DNA of 32,000 bases from Mycobacterium leprae TN (GCF_000195855.1 NC_002677.1:1680001-1712000), one strand, 5' to 3'. Counted from the stretch's first letter, positions 1 through 17,964 are shown. Notes: a model not told the origin generated them from the letters alone. Made by a program: numbers and translations.

Positions 1-228
1 GCCCTACCCTGGACCTGATACCACAAAGTGACCTGAAAGAGCTAGGCATTATTACTAGGCGCGTCCGAAAACCCATGTTCACCAGCAAATTCACCGGTAT
101 TCCCCCGGACATGGTGATTTATCGCATCAAGGCTCGTAGGGAGTTGACAGCTTCAGATGAAACAGCTCAAACAAATTCCCTGACATAGTGGATGTCGATG
201 ATTTATAGCATCTAGTTTCGGTGCTCTG

Positions 229-640
229 GGTCGGTTCACCGTTGGGTACACGACAATTCTGGCCACGGTCAGCTTCGCAATCTTGACGCCGGGTCCCCAC
301 GTGCAGGAATGGATCATTGCGCGCTCCAGCACCAATCTGCACAACCGTGTCCCACGGACACCTGGGGACTTTGTTGACCAGCACGTTTGTCATCGATCCC
401 GGTTCGCCGTATTTCTAGATACCCTAATCCTGACGGTCTGCTGGCGCCCGCTGAACTGCATTTGCGCACCATCCAGCTTTATGGTGACGTTTTTGGTCAA
501 CCCTGTCTGCACGACGTTAGTGGTGGTCGCTGCTCTTGCGGCGGCGGTCAAGTTAGGTTGACTGTCAGTGTCGATCACCCAGGCCAATAACATCGGGATC
601 GAGCTATGGTGCCCTCGGTGCGCTAGCAGCAGTGATTTGG
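229..640 (+). pseudogene. class III adenylyl/guanylyl cyclase catalytic-domain pseudogene (Rv1647-like by position upstream of pheS)
   Basis: A patchwork across three + frames resembles the cyclase catalytic core. RFTVGYTTILATVSFAILT compares with ERRxVTVLFxDIVGFT. PGDFVDQHVCHRSRFAVF compares with GGxVDKFIGDxxMAVFG. VRLTVSVDHPGQ compares with RxxYTVIGDxVN. The match is interrupted by stops and frameshifts, and the boundaries are approximate. Confidence 0.45.
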
Positions 641-721
641 CGGTGGTGGCGGTCCGGTTCCGTCGACCGATCCGCTGAACACCTGTGCGGTGTCTTATGC
701 TGGCGACGTCCTCGAGGTTAG

Positions 722-2088
<1,367 letters not shown>

Positions 2089-2089
<1 letters not shown>

Positions 2090-4596
2090 TGCGCGTTCCG
2101 TATAGTTGGCTGTGCGAAGTGGTTACGGTTGGTGCACCGGATTGGGATGTTTCCGCGAGCGATCTCAAGCAGACGCTGGTACGCATCGGCCACGAGATCG
2201 AGGAGATGATCACGGTAGGCCCGGTCGATGGCCCGCTGACCGTGGGGCGGGTCACCGATATCGAAGAACTCACCGGATTCAAAAAGCCTATTCGAGCCTG
2301 TGTAGTCGATGTTGGCGACGGTCAGCAACACGAAATTATCTGTGGTGCAACAAATTTTGTCGTTGGCGATCTGGTCGTGGTAGCATTTCCCGGTACTACT
2401 CTGCCTGACGGGTTCGCCATCGCGGCGTGCGAGACCTACGGTCGTCATTCTGCTGGAATGATTTGCTCAGCGGCCGAACTCCGTTTGAGTACAGATCATT
2501 CGGGGATCCTAGTATTGCCACCTGGAACCGCCCTACCAGGTGCCGACGGTGCTGACGTACTTGGATTGGACGATGTGGTATTTCGTTTGGCGATCACTCC
2601 CGACCGCGGGTATTGCATGTCGGTGCGGGGCTTGGCCCGTGAGATCGCATGCGCCTACGACCTAGCCTTCGTTGACCCGGCCAGCGACCAAGCGGTGCCG
2701 CCGTTGCCAGTTGGGGGGCAGGCGTGGCCGGTGACGGTACAGCCCGAAACGGGAGTTCGTCGGTGCGCCCTGCGTCCGGTCACTGGGATCGACTTTGCCG
2801 CCGTGTCGCCGTGGTGGTTACAGCGCCGGCTGTTGTTATCCGGAATTCGTGCGATCTCACCGGCAGTGGATGTCACCAACTACGTGATGCTAGAACTCGG
2901 CCACCCGCTGCACGCCCACGACCGCAATCGCATTACCGGAGGCTTCACCGTACGATTCGCCCGGCCCGGCGAGACCATCGTTACTATCGACGGGATCGAG
3001 CGTCAGCTCGATCCCGTCGATGTCCTCATCGTCGATAACGTCACTACTGCGGCGATCGGCGGCGTGATGGGTGCCGCAAGCACCGAAGTGCGCTCCGATT
3101 CCACCGACGTGCTACTCGAGGCTGCGGTATGGGACCCCGCCAGGGTATCACACACCCAGCGGCGGCTGCACCTGCCTAGCGAAGCCGCCCGCCGTTATGA
3201 ACGGGCAGTGGATCCTGCTATCTCGGTAGCTGCTTTAGATCGGTGTGCGATGCTGCTTGCCGATATCGCCGGGGGAACGGTTTCGGAGACCCTGACCGAT
3301 TGGCGGGGCAGCCCGCCGCGAGCTGACTGGTCATTGCCGCCGATCCGGATCGCCGTCGACCTGCCAGACCGGATCGCTGGGGTGGTCTATAACCAAGGCG
3401 CAACCACCAAACGGCTGACTCAAATCGGTGCTGTGGTGGTCGACACGGTGTCCTCAGAAGGTCACACGCTCACCGTCACGCCGCCGAGTTGGCGCCCCGA
3501 TCTACTGCAGCCCTCCGATCTTGTCGAGGAGGTGCTGCGCCTCGAAGGGCTAGAGGTCATCAGATCGGTCCGGCCGCTCGCACCCGCGGGCCGGGGACTC
3601 ACCGCAGTGCAGAAACGCTACCGTGCAATTGGTAAGGTGCTTGCACAGTCCGGCTATGTCGAGATCTTACCGACACCGTTTTTGCCGGCTGATGTGTTCG
3701 ACCTTTGGGGATTGCCGGCCGATGACCCGCGACGGACGACGACGCGAGTGCTCAACCCGCTGGAGTCCAACCGTCCCCAACTCGCCACCACACTGCTGCC
3801 GGCGCTACTGGAAGCGTTGGTAAGCAACGTATCTCGAGGCATCATCGATGTCGCTTTGTTTGCCATCGCGCAGGTGGTCGAGCCGACCGAGTGGACTGGC
3901 GGCATAGGGTCCATCCCCGTCGACCGTCGACTGACCGATGCTGAAATAGCTCTGCTGGACGCCTCCTTGCCCCGGCAGCCACAACACGTCGCCGCGGTGT
4001 TGGCTGGGTTGCGGGAACCGCGGGGTCCGTGGGGTCCTGGCCGTCTAGCCGAGGCATCCGACGCTTTTGAAGCAGTGCGTATCATCGCGCGGGTCAGTGG
4101 AGTCGACGTGTTTTTCCGGGCTGTCCAATATTTGCCGTGGCATCCGGGTCGGTGCGCTGAAGTGTTTGTTGGTGAAACGCCTATCGGCCATGCAGGGCAG
4201 CTGCATCCGGCCGTGATTGAACGCGCCGGTCTGCCGAAGGGCATCTGCGCGATCGAGCTGGACCTCGCTGCCATGCCTATCGTCGAGGGGTTGCCCGCAC
4301 CTCAGGTGTCGCCGTTTCCGGCTGTGTTGCAGGACGTCAGCCTGGTGGTGTCCACGCAGGTTCCTGCTCAAGAAGTGCAGGACGCCATTCGCGATGGGGC
4401 CGGTGAATTGCTCGAAGACATTCAATTGTTCGACGTCTTCACCGGTTCGCAGATTGGCGAGGACTGCAAGTCGTTGACATTTGCACTGCGGTTTCGCGCA
4501 CCTGATCGTACGCTGACCGAAGACGACGCCAGCGCGGCTCGCGATGCCGCGGTACGACACGCCGCCGAGCGTGTCGGTGCAACATTGCGCACCTAA
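2089..4596 (+). CDS. pheT: phenylalanine--tRNA ligase beta subunit
   Basis: MRVPYSWL... has an N-terminal OB tRNA-binding domain ([26 protein letters not shown]), B3/4 and B5 regions and a C-terminal FDX-ACB-like end ([19 protein letters not shown]). It is about 835 aa and collinear with PheT. ATG 2089 overlaps the pheS TGA (TGATG), which suggests translational coupling. The track start at TTG 2086 is one codon earlier. Confidence 0.95.
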
Positions 4597-4761
4597 ATCG
4601 CCCTAATTGCAGGTTCGCGTCGCCCGTAAATCGGCATGATGTGCTCGGGCTAAATCCCAGCCTAAATCCGGATTTTCCTGCGCGAAGTGAGACATTTCAT
4701 TATTGTCGGTCTGCCTTGATTGCCGTCGGATGATAGCCGTAGTAAGTCGAGGGGACTGGAT

Positions 4762-5000
4762 ATGCCGTTCCTGAGTGTGATGCCGAAGCAGACTGAGTCT
4801 GCGGTTCAGGGGTTGGCGGATATTTACTCAATGCTGTTCGGTGACTTCGGCCGGAGTTTTCAAGTTCTCAACACCCAAGTGACTGCGTTTCATGACGAGT
4901 TCGTAACCTTGTTGCAGCCTGGTGTGGACAGCGTATCTCAGCTCCGAAGCAGCCAATGCTGCAGCTGGGATAGCTGTGCAGGAGAGCGCCGCTGTTCACC
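4762..5000 (+). pseudogene. PE-family pseudogene (internal deletion plus frameshift)
   Basis: MPFLSVMPKQTESAVQGLADIYSML compares with MSFVxxxPExLxxAAxxLxxIGSxL. The central helix region is missing. SFQVLNTQVTAFHDEFVTLL compares with YQxLSAQAAAFHxQFVxxL. The expected YxxAEAANAAA tail (AYLSSEAANAAAG) is in a different frame (ORF 4922..). Start is taken at ATG 4762 and the 3' limit is uncertain. Confidence 0.5.
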
Positions 5001-5795
5001 TCGTTCAAGATACTGGATTCATTGTACTGACTGGGGAGTGGCATCGTCTGGACTCGGTCTGCTGGACAGTGCGGTTGTACAGCTCTTTTCGTCTGTCGTT
5101 GCGCTGGCTATACAGAATGCCTTAGGAGAACCTGGCCTGCTTGGGACCACCGGGTGTTGAGCTCATGCCTGATGTTAACCATCTGATGTTGGTTACGCCG
5201 GCTGTTACTATGGGATTCGCTGCGGTGCAGTGCAGTCTATGCCAGCTTGTCCAGGATGTTAGTTTCCTGATGATGGATGGGCAGGATACTGCTCCCGGCT
5301 TAGCTACAGTGCAAATCGTCGGTGCTCATTTTGTTCCGGAGGTCAGCGACGTCAAGACCGTCGCAGATGATGCTGTCGTAGTAATTAGGGTTATAGGCCG
5401 GCAGTTGTCCGCGTGCGGCACGCGTACCGGATTGTGCCTGGCAGCTCGAACGGCGAAACGACACATACCGCGCCTCCGGCAGACCATCCGACACGATGGG
5501 AATTGTCAAATCCTGTGGGTTGGGTGTTAATGTTTATGTGCAGCCAACTGATATTGATGACTCATTGAGCGAAGTGAGAAGTTCTGGCGGATGACCGTCA
5601 GCACGGAGTGGGATTGGGCCACAAATTAGCTTATCAAGGCACCAGGCGTGGTTGAGATTATGCAGGAGTGAGATTGCCCACTGGTTTTAATCGCACGCTT
5701 TTTGCACTGAGTACCAGACCAACTGGGTTGGGTCATTAACCGTGTTGTCAAATGTGGTGAAGCCACCCGATTGCTTGAATTGTGAGGGACACTAC

Positions 5796-5815
5796 TATAT
5801 CATATATATGATATA
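5796..5815. repeat. 20-bp perfect AT-rich palindrome TATATCATATATATGATATA
   Basis: The sequence is read directly and is identical to its own reverse complement. It shares the 16-bp core TATCATATATATGATA with the 38-bp palindrome at 29421-29458. Confidence 0.95.
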
Positions 5816-6295
5816 TGACCAATCCTGCGATAGCAGCGATATGAAATTCACTGTGTAAGTCAAGTCGGCCCAATTCCCCTGCATCACATACGTCCCTTAG
5901 TGGTTTTCACTTTCGAACAAGATGGTATAAATTCTGTTGTCATAATACAGCAACCCCGCGTTGAAGAATAGTTTCTTCCCGTATAACGGTGTGTACTCGA
6001 ATCGTTGTAATTTGGTGAGCTTCCCGAACCGGACTGTCACAGCACCCACGGTCTTGGTTTTCTATGACTTGGACCGGGTAGCAGTAATCACGGTGATGCC
6101 GGCAGCGTACAGAACGAGAACGCAAATCCGAGCAAGCCATGTCATCTTAACCCGGCTAGGCGTGGCAACAGCACGGACAGGAACCACCCCATTCTGGGGG
6201 TATCGCACACCGTTGGTTTTCAGTCAAAAGACTGTCAATCGAGTGGACTGGCTATTAGTTAGGAAACTTCAATCCGGTGTTGATGGTCTTGGCGA

Positions 6296-7459
6296 TCAGT
6301 GTGATGTGGTGGGGCCGTTCGAGCAGCTTTGCTCCGCGGAAGGACAGCGCTGGTAAGGATCAGGGCGGCTGAGTACGGAGACATTGACGGCGTGCCAGTA
6401 GACCTGAGCTGCCTCGATGAGCTTGTAGGTCATGACGATTCCCGCGGCGCGAGAACCAAACCCTTTGGGGACCTTGGTCCATAAAAGCACAGTGGCGAAG
6501 GTGCTTTCAATGGGATTGGTGGTCCGTAGATGGATCCAGTGCTCGGCAGGGTATCTGTAAAATTCCAAGAACACGTCGACGTCTTCGGCGTTGTAAATAT
6601 TACTTGAGCGCCACCGACGTTGCTGTATGCGCTGATTTGGACAGGGAAGCAAGGACGTTGGCCTGTTTGTGAAACCAGGACCGCTGCTCACGGGTGGCTG
6701 GAAGAACTTCGCGCATCGCATTCCAGAACCCCAACGGCCCGTCTCTGACCGTCAGTACCGGTGCGGTCATCTCAAGGCTGCGGCGATCGCGCAACAGATC
6801 AGCCCACGATTCGACCGATTTTCGAAAAACATCGGCCACAGCAACAGGTTTCTTGCGGCCACCAGTACACACTCCGAGCATCACCAACAGACAAAGGTCT
6901 CCTGTTCCAAGCGGACTTTGAGTTGGATTCCGTCGACCCAGAGACTGGGTATAGTCAGCCCTTGGAGAGATCGCTGTCGACGAATGCCTGGGCTTAGGCT
7001 TGCCATTGGTTGGTGAGGTGAATGATCGGGGCCGCCCACAACCCCGCTCCCGTACCCACGAACTGCTTCAGCTCTGGGGCGAAATCTCCCGTGGACAACC
7101 CATGCAAGATCACAGTGGCAGCACTTCCCTGATCTGCAGTGACTTACGGCACCAGACCGGCAGGATCGCCTAGGAAAACCGCTAAGATCAACGATTTCGG
7201 GGTCAACATGTTTGTCGTCGACCCACGGGCGCGGTCATGATCACCGCACCGGCAACAGTCAATATGGTATGTTCGTTCCAGTAGCCGTTGCGCACCACCA
7301 AACCTATGTCCGTCCTCGGCGTAGGCATCGATATAAGCCTCAGGCTACTGCTGTCAACGCCGCCGCCAGCATTTGGCGCACCAGTTCATCCAACAGCGAC
7401 CTAGCCACACACGCACAGCCCGTATTAGATTCGGCAACTTCCTGAGCTACCGTGAGCAT
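6296..7459 (-). mobile_element. IS256/Mutator-family transposase pseudogene (dead IS)
   Basis: The minus-strand patchwork is collinear with IS256-family transposases. N-terminal: LLDELVRQMLAAAL, RPWVDDKHVDPE, LHGLSTGDFAPELKQFVGTGAGL. Middle: VMLGVCTGGRKKPVAVADVFRKSVESWADLLRDRRSLEMTAPVLTVRDGPLGFWNAMREVLPATREQRSWFHKQANVLASLSKSAH. C-terminal: YPAEHWIHLRTTNPIESTFATV..TKVPKGFGSRAAG. It is split over at least 3 frames with in-frame stops. I could not identify terminal inverted repeats. Confidence 0.75.
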
Positions 7460-7644
7460 GGGAGTGCCTTACCGCCAGCGTTAGCCCGACTGGACTTGGT
7501 CAAAGCCTGCTTACGGATCACCCGGGAAGGTATTCTACTCTAACTTCCGACCATCCACAGTTTTCGATCATTGTGATCCGATATCACGCCGAGTCACCAG
7601 TAAGTCAGAGCTATTTTCACTGAAGAAGAATGGATTTGCGAAAT

Positions 7645-9931
<2,287 letters not shown>

Positions 9932-9935
<4 letters not shown>

Positions 9936-10837
9936 CTGTGCTGATGAACCGCACCGGCGACGACGAAACATTGTCGACTCAAGTCAAGGCGGAGGTCTTG
10001 GCTGAAGCCCTGCCCTGGCTGAAGCAGTTGCACGGCAAGGTTGTTGTGGTTAAATACAGCGGCAATGCCATGACCGACGATATGCTGCGGCGCGCGTTCG
10101 CTGCTGACATGGCGTTTCTGCGCAATTGCGGTATTCATCCGGTCGTTGTGCACGGCGGCGGACCACAGATCACCGCCATGCTGCGCCGGCTTGGCATTGC
10201 AGATGACTTCAAGGGCGGCTTTCGGGTCACCACACCGGAAGTGCTCGATGTCGCGCGAATGGTGTTGTTCGGGCAGGTGGGCCGTGAACTAGTCAACCTG
10301 ATCAATGCACACGGGCCCTACGCGGTCGGCATTACTGGCGAGGATGCACAACTTTTCACCGCCGGTCGGCGCAGCGCCACTGTCGACGGCATGGCGACCG
10401 ACATCGGCCTGGTTGGAGATGTCGATCAGGTCAACATTGCCGCGGTGCTCGACCTGATTTCTGCCCACCGTATCCCAGTGGTGTCGACGCTTGCGCCGGA
10501 TCGCGACGGCGTGGTGCACAACATCAACGCCGACACCGCTGCAGCTGCGCTGGCCGAAACCTTGGGAGCCGAAAAATTGTTGATGCTCACCAATGTCGAG
10601 GGTTTGTACACCCGCTGGCCAGAACGGGATTCCCTGGTAAACGAAATCGATTCTGCTGCACTGGCGCAATTGCTACCTACGTTGGAAGCGGGCATGATTC
10701 CCAAGGTTGAAGCGTGTCTGCGAGCCGTCACTGGCGGCGTGCCCAGCGCACACGTCATCGACGGGCGAGTCAAACACTGTGTGTTGGTGGAGTTGTTAAC
10801 CAACGAGGGCACCGGCACCAAGGTGGTGAGCGCATGA
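9932..10837 (+). CDS. argB: acetylglutamate kinase
   Basis: This is an amino-acid kinase fold protein with [23 protein letters not shown] and [15 protein letters not shown] 9932 overlaps the argJ TGA (GTGA). An alternative start is ATG 9944. Note Ser instead of Gly in the K-x-G-G motif (see findings). Confidence 0.93.
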
Positions 10838-10874
10838 CGCGCGCCGGTGATGATGCAGTAGAGAAGCGATAGGG
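10832..10874 (+). repeat. junction element copy A (argB stop / argB-argD spacer)
   Basis: GCATGACGCGCGCCGGTGATGATGCAGTAGAGAAGCGATAGGG has 36 of 43 hand-aligned columns identical to copy B at 12098-12138. The spacer is bounded by ATGAC at 10834-10838 and 10889-10893. Confidence 0.85.
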
Positions 10875-10888
10875 ATAAGCGGGCACCC

Positions 10889-13097
<2,209 letters not shown>

Positions 13098-13099
13098 CG

Positions 13100-13603
13100 A
13101 TGACCCACGGCGCTTCGAAGACCACACCCGAGACCACTCGGGCGGGTCGACAGGCCCGTATCGTGGCGATCCTGTCATCGACGTCGGTGCGCAGTCAAAG
13201 CGAATTGGCGACGCTGCTCGCCGATGACGGTATCGATGTCACCCAGGCCACGCTCTCACGAGACCTCGAAGAGCTCGGAGCGGTGAAACTGCGCGGTGCA
13301 GATGGTGGCGTTGGGGTCTACGTTGTTCCCGAGGATGGCAGCCCGGTGCGCGGCGTATCTGGCGGTACCGCGCGACTGTCCCGGCTGCTAAGCGAGCTGC
13401 TGGTATCCGCCGACTCCAGTGCGAACCTCGCTGTGCTACGCACTCCACCTGGCGCCGCTGACTACTTAGCCAGCGCGATCGACCGTGCAGCGCTACCGTA
13501 CGTGGTCGGCACCATCGCTGGTGACGACACCGTCTTCGTGGCCGCCCGCGAGCCGATGACTGGCTCCGAGTTGGCCACTGTTCTCGAAAGCCTGAATAGA
13601 TAA
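13100..13603 (+). CDS. argR: arginine repressor
   Basis: A winged-helix N-terminal domain ([48 protein letters not shown]) is joined to a C-terminal oligomerisation/arginine-binding domain ([11 protein letters not shown]). ATG 13100 lies 2 nt after the argF TAA. The track ORF start at 13079 overlaps argF and is less likely. Confidence 0.9.
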   Translation: MTHGASKTTPETTRAGRQARIVAILSSTSVRSQSELATLLADDGIDVTQATLSRDLEELGAVKLRGADGGVGVYVVPEDGSPVRGVSGGTARLSRLLSELLVSADSSANLAVLRTPPGAADYLASAIDRAALPYVVGTIAGDDTVFVAAREPMTGSELATVLESLNR

Positions 13604-13615
13604 GGAGATTGGTTG

Positions 13616-14812
13616 ATGCCGGAACGTATTATCCTGGCGTATTCGGGGGGGCTGGATACCTCGGTGGCGATCAACTGGATCGGCAAGGAAACTAGCCATG
13701 AGGTCGTGGCAGTGGTGATTGATCTCGGCCAGGGCGGCGAGGACATGGAGGTCGTACGTCAACGGGCGTTGGACTGCGGAGCTGTTGAGGCTATCGTTGT
13801 CGATGCCCGTGACGAGTTCGCTGAAGGCTATTGCTTGCCCACCGTTTTGAACAACGCGCTGTATATGGATCGGTACCCGTTGGTGTCCGCGATCAGCAGG
13901 CCGCTGATCGTCAAGCACCTGGTCGCGGCCGCACGTGCGCACGGCGGCAGCATCGTCGCGCACGGTTGTACCGGCAAGGGTAACGACCAGGTCCGATTCG
14001 AAGTCGGATTCGCTTCGCTGGCACCGGATCTCGAAATATTGGCGCCGGTGCGCGACTACGCATGGACACGAGAGAAGGCGATCGCTTTCGCCGAAGAGAA
14101 CGCCATCCCCATCAATGTCACCAAACGTTCGCCGTTCTCGATTGACCAGAATGTTTGGGGCCGCGCAGTGGAAACCGGTTTCCTGGAACACTTGTGGCAC
14201 GCACCTACTAAAGAGGTTTATTCCTACACTGACGACCCCACCATCAATTGGAACACGCCCGATGAGGTGATCGTCGGTTTTGAGCACGGAGTTCCGGTGT
14301 CGATTGACGGTAGTCCGGTGTCCATGCTGGGCGCCATCGAGGCACTCAACCGACGCGCTGGCGCGCAAGGCGTCGGGCGTCTCGACGTTGTCGAAGACCG
14401 GCTGGTAGGCATCAAGAGCCGCGAGATTTACGAGGCACCCGGAGCAATGGTGCTCATCACCGCGCACGCCGAACTCGAGCACGTCACGCTGGAGCGTGAG
14501 TTGGGACGCTTCAAGCGTCAGACCGATCGACGCTGGGCCGAATTGGTGTATGACGGATTGTGGTATTCGCCGCTGAAGACCGCACTGGAGAGTTTTGTCG
14601 CCGCTACGCAACAACACGTTACCGGTGAAGTTCGAATGGTGTTACATGGAGGCCATATTGCGGTGAATGGGCGGCGCAGCGCCGAATCCCTATACGATTT
14701 CAATTTGGCCACCTACGACGAAGGGGATACCTTCGATCAATCCGCTGCTCGCGGCTTCGTCTACGTGTACGGGTTACCGTCGAAGCTCGCGGCACGTAGG
14801 GACTTACGGTGA
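13616..14812 (+). CDS. argG: argininosuccinate synthase
   Basis: The [11 protein letters not shown]-loop is present and the 398-aa product is collinear with ArgG. ATG 13616 is preceded by AAGGAG at 13602-13607. The track start at TTG 13613 is one codon earlier. Confidence 0.95.
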   Translation: MPERIILAYSGGLDTSVAINWIGKETSHEVVAVVIDLGQGGEDMEVVRQRALDCGAVEAIVVDARDEFAEGYCLPTVLNNALYMDRYPLVSAISRPLIVKHLVAAARAHGGSIVAHGCTGKGNDQVRFEVGFASLAPDLEILAPVRDYAWTREKAIAFAEENAIPINVTKRSPFSIDQNVWGRAVETGFLEHLWHAPTKEVYSYTDDPTINWNTPDEVIVGFEHGVPVSIDGSPVSMLGAIEALNRRAGAQGVGRLDVVEDRLVGIKSREIYEAPGAMVLITAHAELEHVTLERELGRFKRQTDRRWAELVYDGLWYSPLKTALESFVAATQQHVTGEVRMVLHGGHIAVNGRRSAESLYDFNLATYDEGDTFDQSAARGFVYVYGLPSKLAARRDLR

Positions 14813-14871
14813 GGTAAGAGTGTGATATTGAGCGCCCCGACAAGGCGTCGTCAGATCCACACTTGGGGTGA

Positions 14872-16296
<1,425 letters not shown>

Positions 16297-16443
16297 AGCT
16301 GCACCCTCGTGCCAGTACAATATTGACCAGCGCATGTTAAAATAAACCGGCAGACGTGCTACTGCGATCGCAAATATAATCCGGCTCATTGGAGTGGTTA
16401 GACAGTGATGATCGGCAAAATTTTCTTGTGAGTTGTCGGGAGG

Positions 16444-16782
16444 ATGGCGACGTCGCTTGTGATCGTGGCACCGTACATGCTGGCAGTGGCAACTGAAGAT
16501 TTGGCGAGTATCGAATCGGTGATCAACGCCGCGAACACGGCAACGGTTACTGCCACAACGGGGATGTTGGCGCCTGCCACTGACGAGGTGTCGGCGATAA
16601 CGGCGTCGCTGTTTGCCGAGTACACGTTGATGCATCAAGCTGTGAGTGTGCAGGCAGCGACGTGCCGTGATCAGTTCGTGCGCGCATTGGCCACTAGTGG
16701 AGGGGCGCGGTATGCGGCCGCAAAAGCCGCCAATGCCTTGCCGTTCCAGGAAGTGCTCAATTTAGTTAACGTGCCAACCTAG
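16444..16782 (+). CDS. PE-domain ORF, probably the surviving head of a decayed PE_PGRS gene
   Basis: The 112-aa ORF has PE-domain architecture (MATSLVIVAPYML..DEVSAITASLFAEYTLMHQAVSVQAATCRDQFVRALATSGGARYAAAKAANA). The PE dipeptide is degenerate (PY). A stop falls exactly where the linker should continue (LNLVNVPT*). Downstream, in another frame, there is a Gly-rich remnant TGNDGTGGFGGVSGQ (about 16815-16870). Whether it still functions is unknown. Confidence 0.55.
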   Translation: MATSLVIVAPYMLAVATEDLASIESVINAANTATVTATTGMLAPATDEVSAITASLFAEYTLMHQAVSVQAATCRDQFVRALATSGGARYAAAKAANALPFQEVLNLVNVPT

Positions 16783-17089
16783 CAAGTTGTTAAGATTCAC
16801 ACTCATCGGTCGATGACGGGAAACGACGGTACGGGTGGCTTCGGCGGCGTTTCCGGGCAGGTATTTGGAAAACCCAGCGCGCAGGGGGGCGTCCAGCCAG
16901 GGTTGAGTGACACCCAGGCCGATTTTCGCCGGTTGAAAGTGTGTGTTTTGGCGTCGTGAGATTACTATTGCGCGTGAGCAGCTGATCTGCCACTTGTTGC
17001 CGGGGAGTTCTAGGCGGATTGAGCCTTTCAGCTCTAAGCGATTGGGCTAAACCGTCTTTCTGGGTTTTTGTGATCGAAGAGGTGGGACC

Positions 17090-17800
17090 ATGAGCGTCAT
17101 CTCAGGTTTCTTCGGTGCGTTGTCCCATACCGCTATTCGCAGCGAGAGCCCACACACTTCTTTCTCAGAAGACTGGATTTCGTGGGTTACGAGGATCGAG
17201 GATATAGTTCGGCAGCGACACGCCAGCACGAAGGTGAATAGTCGTCACCTGCCCGTGCCGCTAAAGAGATATCCGAAGTTGACCGATTTCGCCGATTTCG
17301 GCGCGGCAAACCGGATTGTCATCGAGCATGCGATGGATCTTGCTTGACAAACGCTACTTGTTGGCGCGCTTGATTAGGTGGGCCTGCAACCACAGAACAC
17401 CGACGTGATCGTGACGGCAACGGTTACCGATCTCACACTCCCGTTTTTGGATGCACGGGGCGCTGGATGCCTTCACGGTCCTAATCGCGGTCGAGCTGTG
17501 TTCATTCACCTACCCGGGATACAAGTCATCTCTGGCAGGTGTAGTCGGCAGTGTGTTCTTTGTTAACGGAGGTAGTCGCAGTCGGAGAGCGTCGCGCCGA
17601 ACAGATTCGGCGCGGCGGGTCGGGCATGGAACGAACCTGGTGTTCGTTTTGTGAGGGGTCGGTACCCTACTCATCGGTGTCGGTCCTGCATGTACTGCGG
17701 GACACCATCGCAAACCACCGCCCAGCGATAGCCCGGAGTTAATTATGGCTGACGGACCCCGGATTTCTGTTACGAATTCGTGTTTCTGCGCTGGCACTGA
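17090..17800 (+). pseudogene. type III polyketide synthase (chalcone-synthase-like, pks10/pks11-type) pseudogene
   Basis: MSVISGFFGALSHT..STKVNSRHLPVPLKRYPKLTDFADFGAANRIVIEHAMDL compares with MSVIAGVFGALPP..AAKVNGRHLVLPLQQYPSLTDFGDAN of Pks10/11. It ends in a stop. Later pieces (VTATVTDLTLPFLDAR, VLIAVELCSFTYPG, GERRAEQIRRGG, SSVSVLHVLRDTIANHRP) lie in three other frames. About 40 codons, including the catalytic-Cys loop (GLGCVAG), appear deleted between LDAR and VLIAVELCS. Confidence 0.7.
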
Positions 17801-17964
17801 TGCGGCTGTGGATTCTGTTTCATTCCGTAGCGCATTGGCTAAGGAAGTTACGGTCATGATACGACCAAAGTTTGGTGGCGAGTGGCGGAACTGGGGTATT
17901 CAACCTCCGTCTTGAGTTCAATTAGCTCAGCCGTTCGTTTGAGCGGTACGAAAGGCCAGTTCCG

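Noticed and set aside
5141-5530. A 129-aa + strand ORF and a 69-aa minus-strand ORF downstream of the PE remnant. These could be the C-terminal domain of the PE gene.
   Set aside because: I could not match either to PE-PPE, lipase or PGRS domains by eye, so they are left unassigned.
4681-5579. An exact 11-mer GCGAAGTGAGA occurs at 4681-4691 and 5569-5579, and GAGATT/GGGATT-containing motifs cluster at 5606-5679.
   Set aside because: Exact 11-mer repeats are expected many times by chance in 32 kb. The nearby motif cluster is short and degenerate.
13493-14617. A 374-aa ORF antisense to argG. Similar long antisense or out-of-frame ORFs occur inside pheT (3654-4274), argJ (8949-9518, 9395-9901), argB (10426-10953), argD/argF (11897-12403) and pheS (863-1309).
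   Set aside because: Their composition is typical of shadow ORFs in high-GC coding DNA (Arg/Ser/Ala/Pro-rich with no recognisable motifs). Each fully overlaps a gene with unambiguous homology on the other strand or frame.
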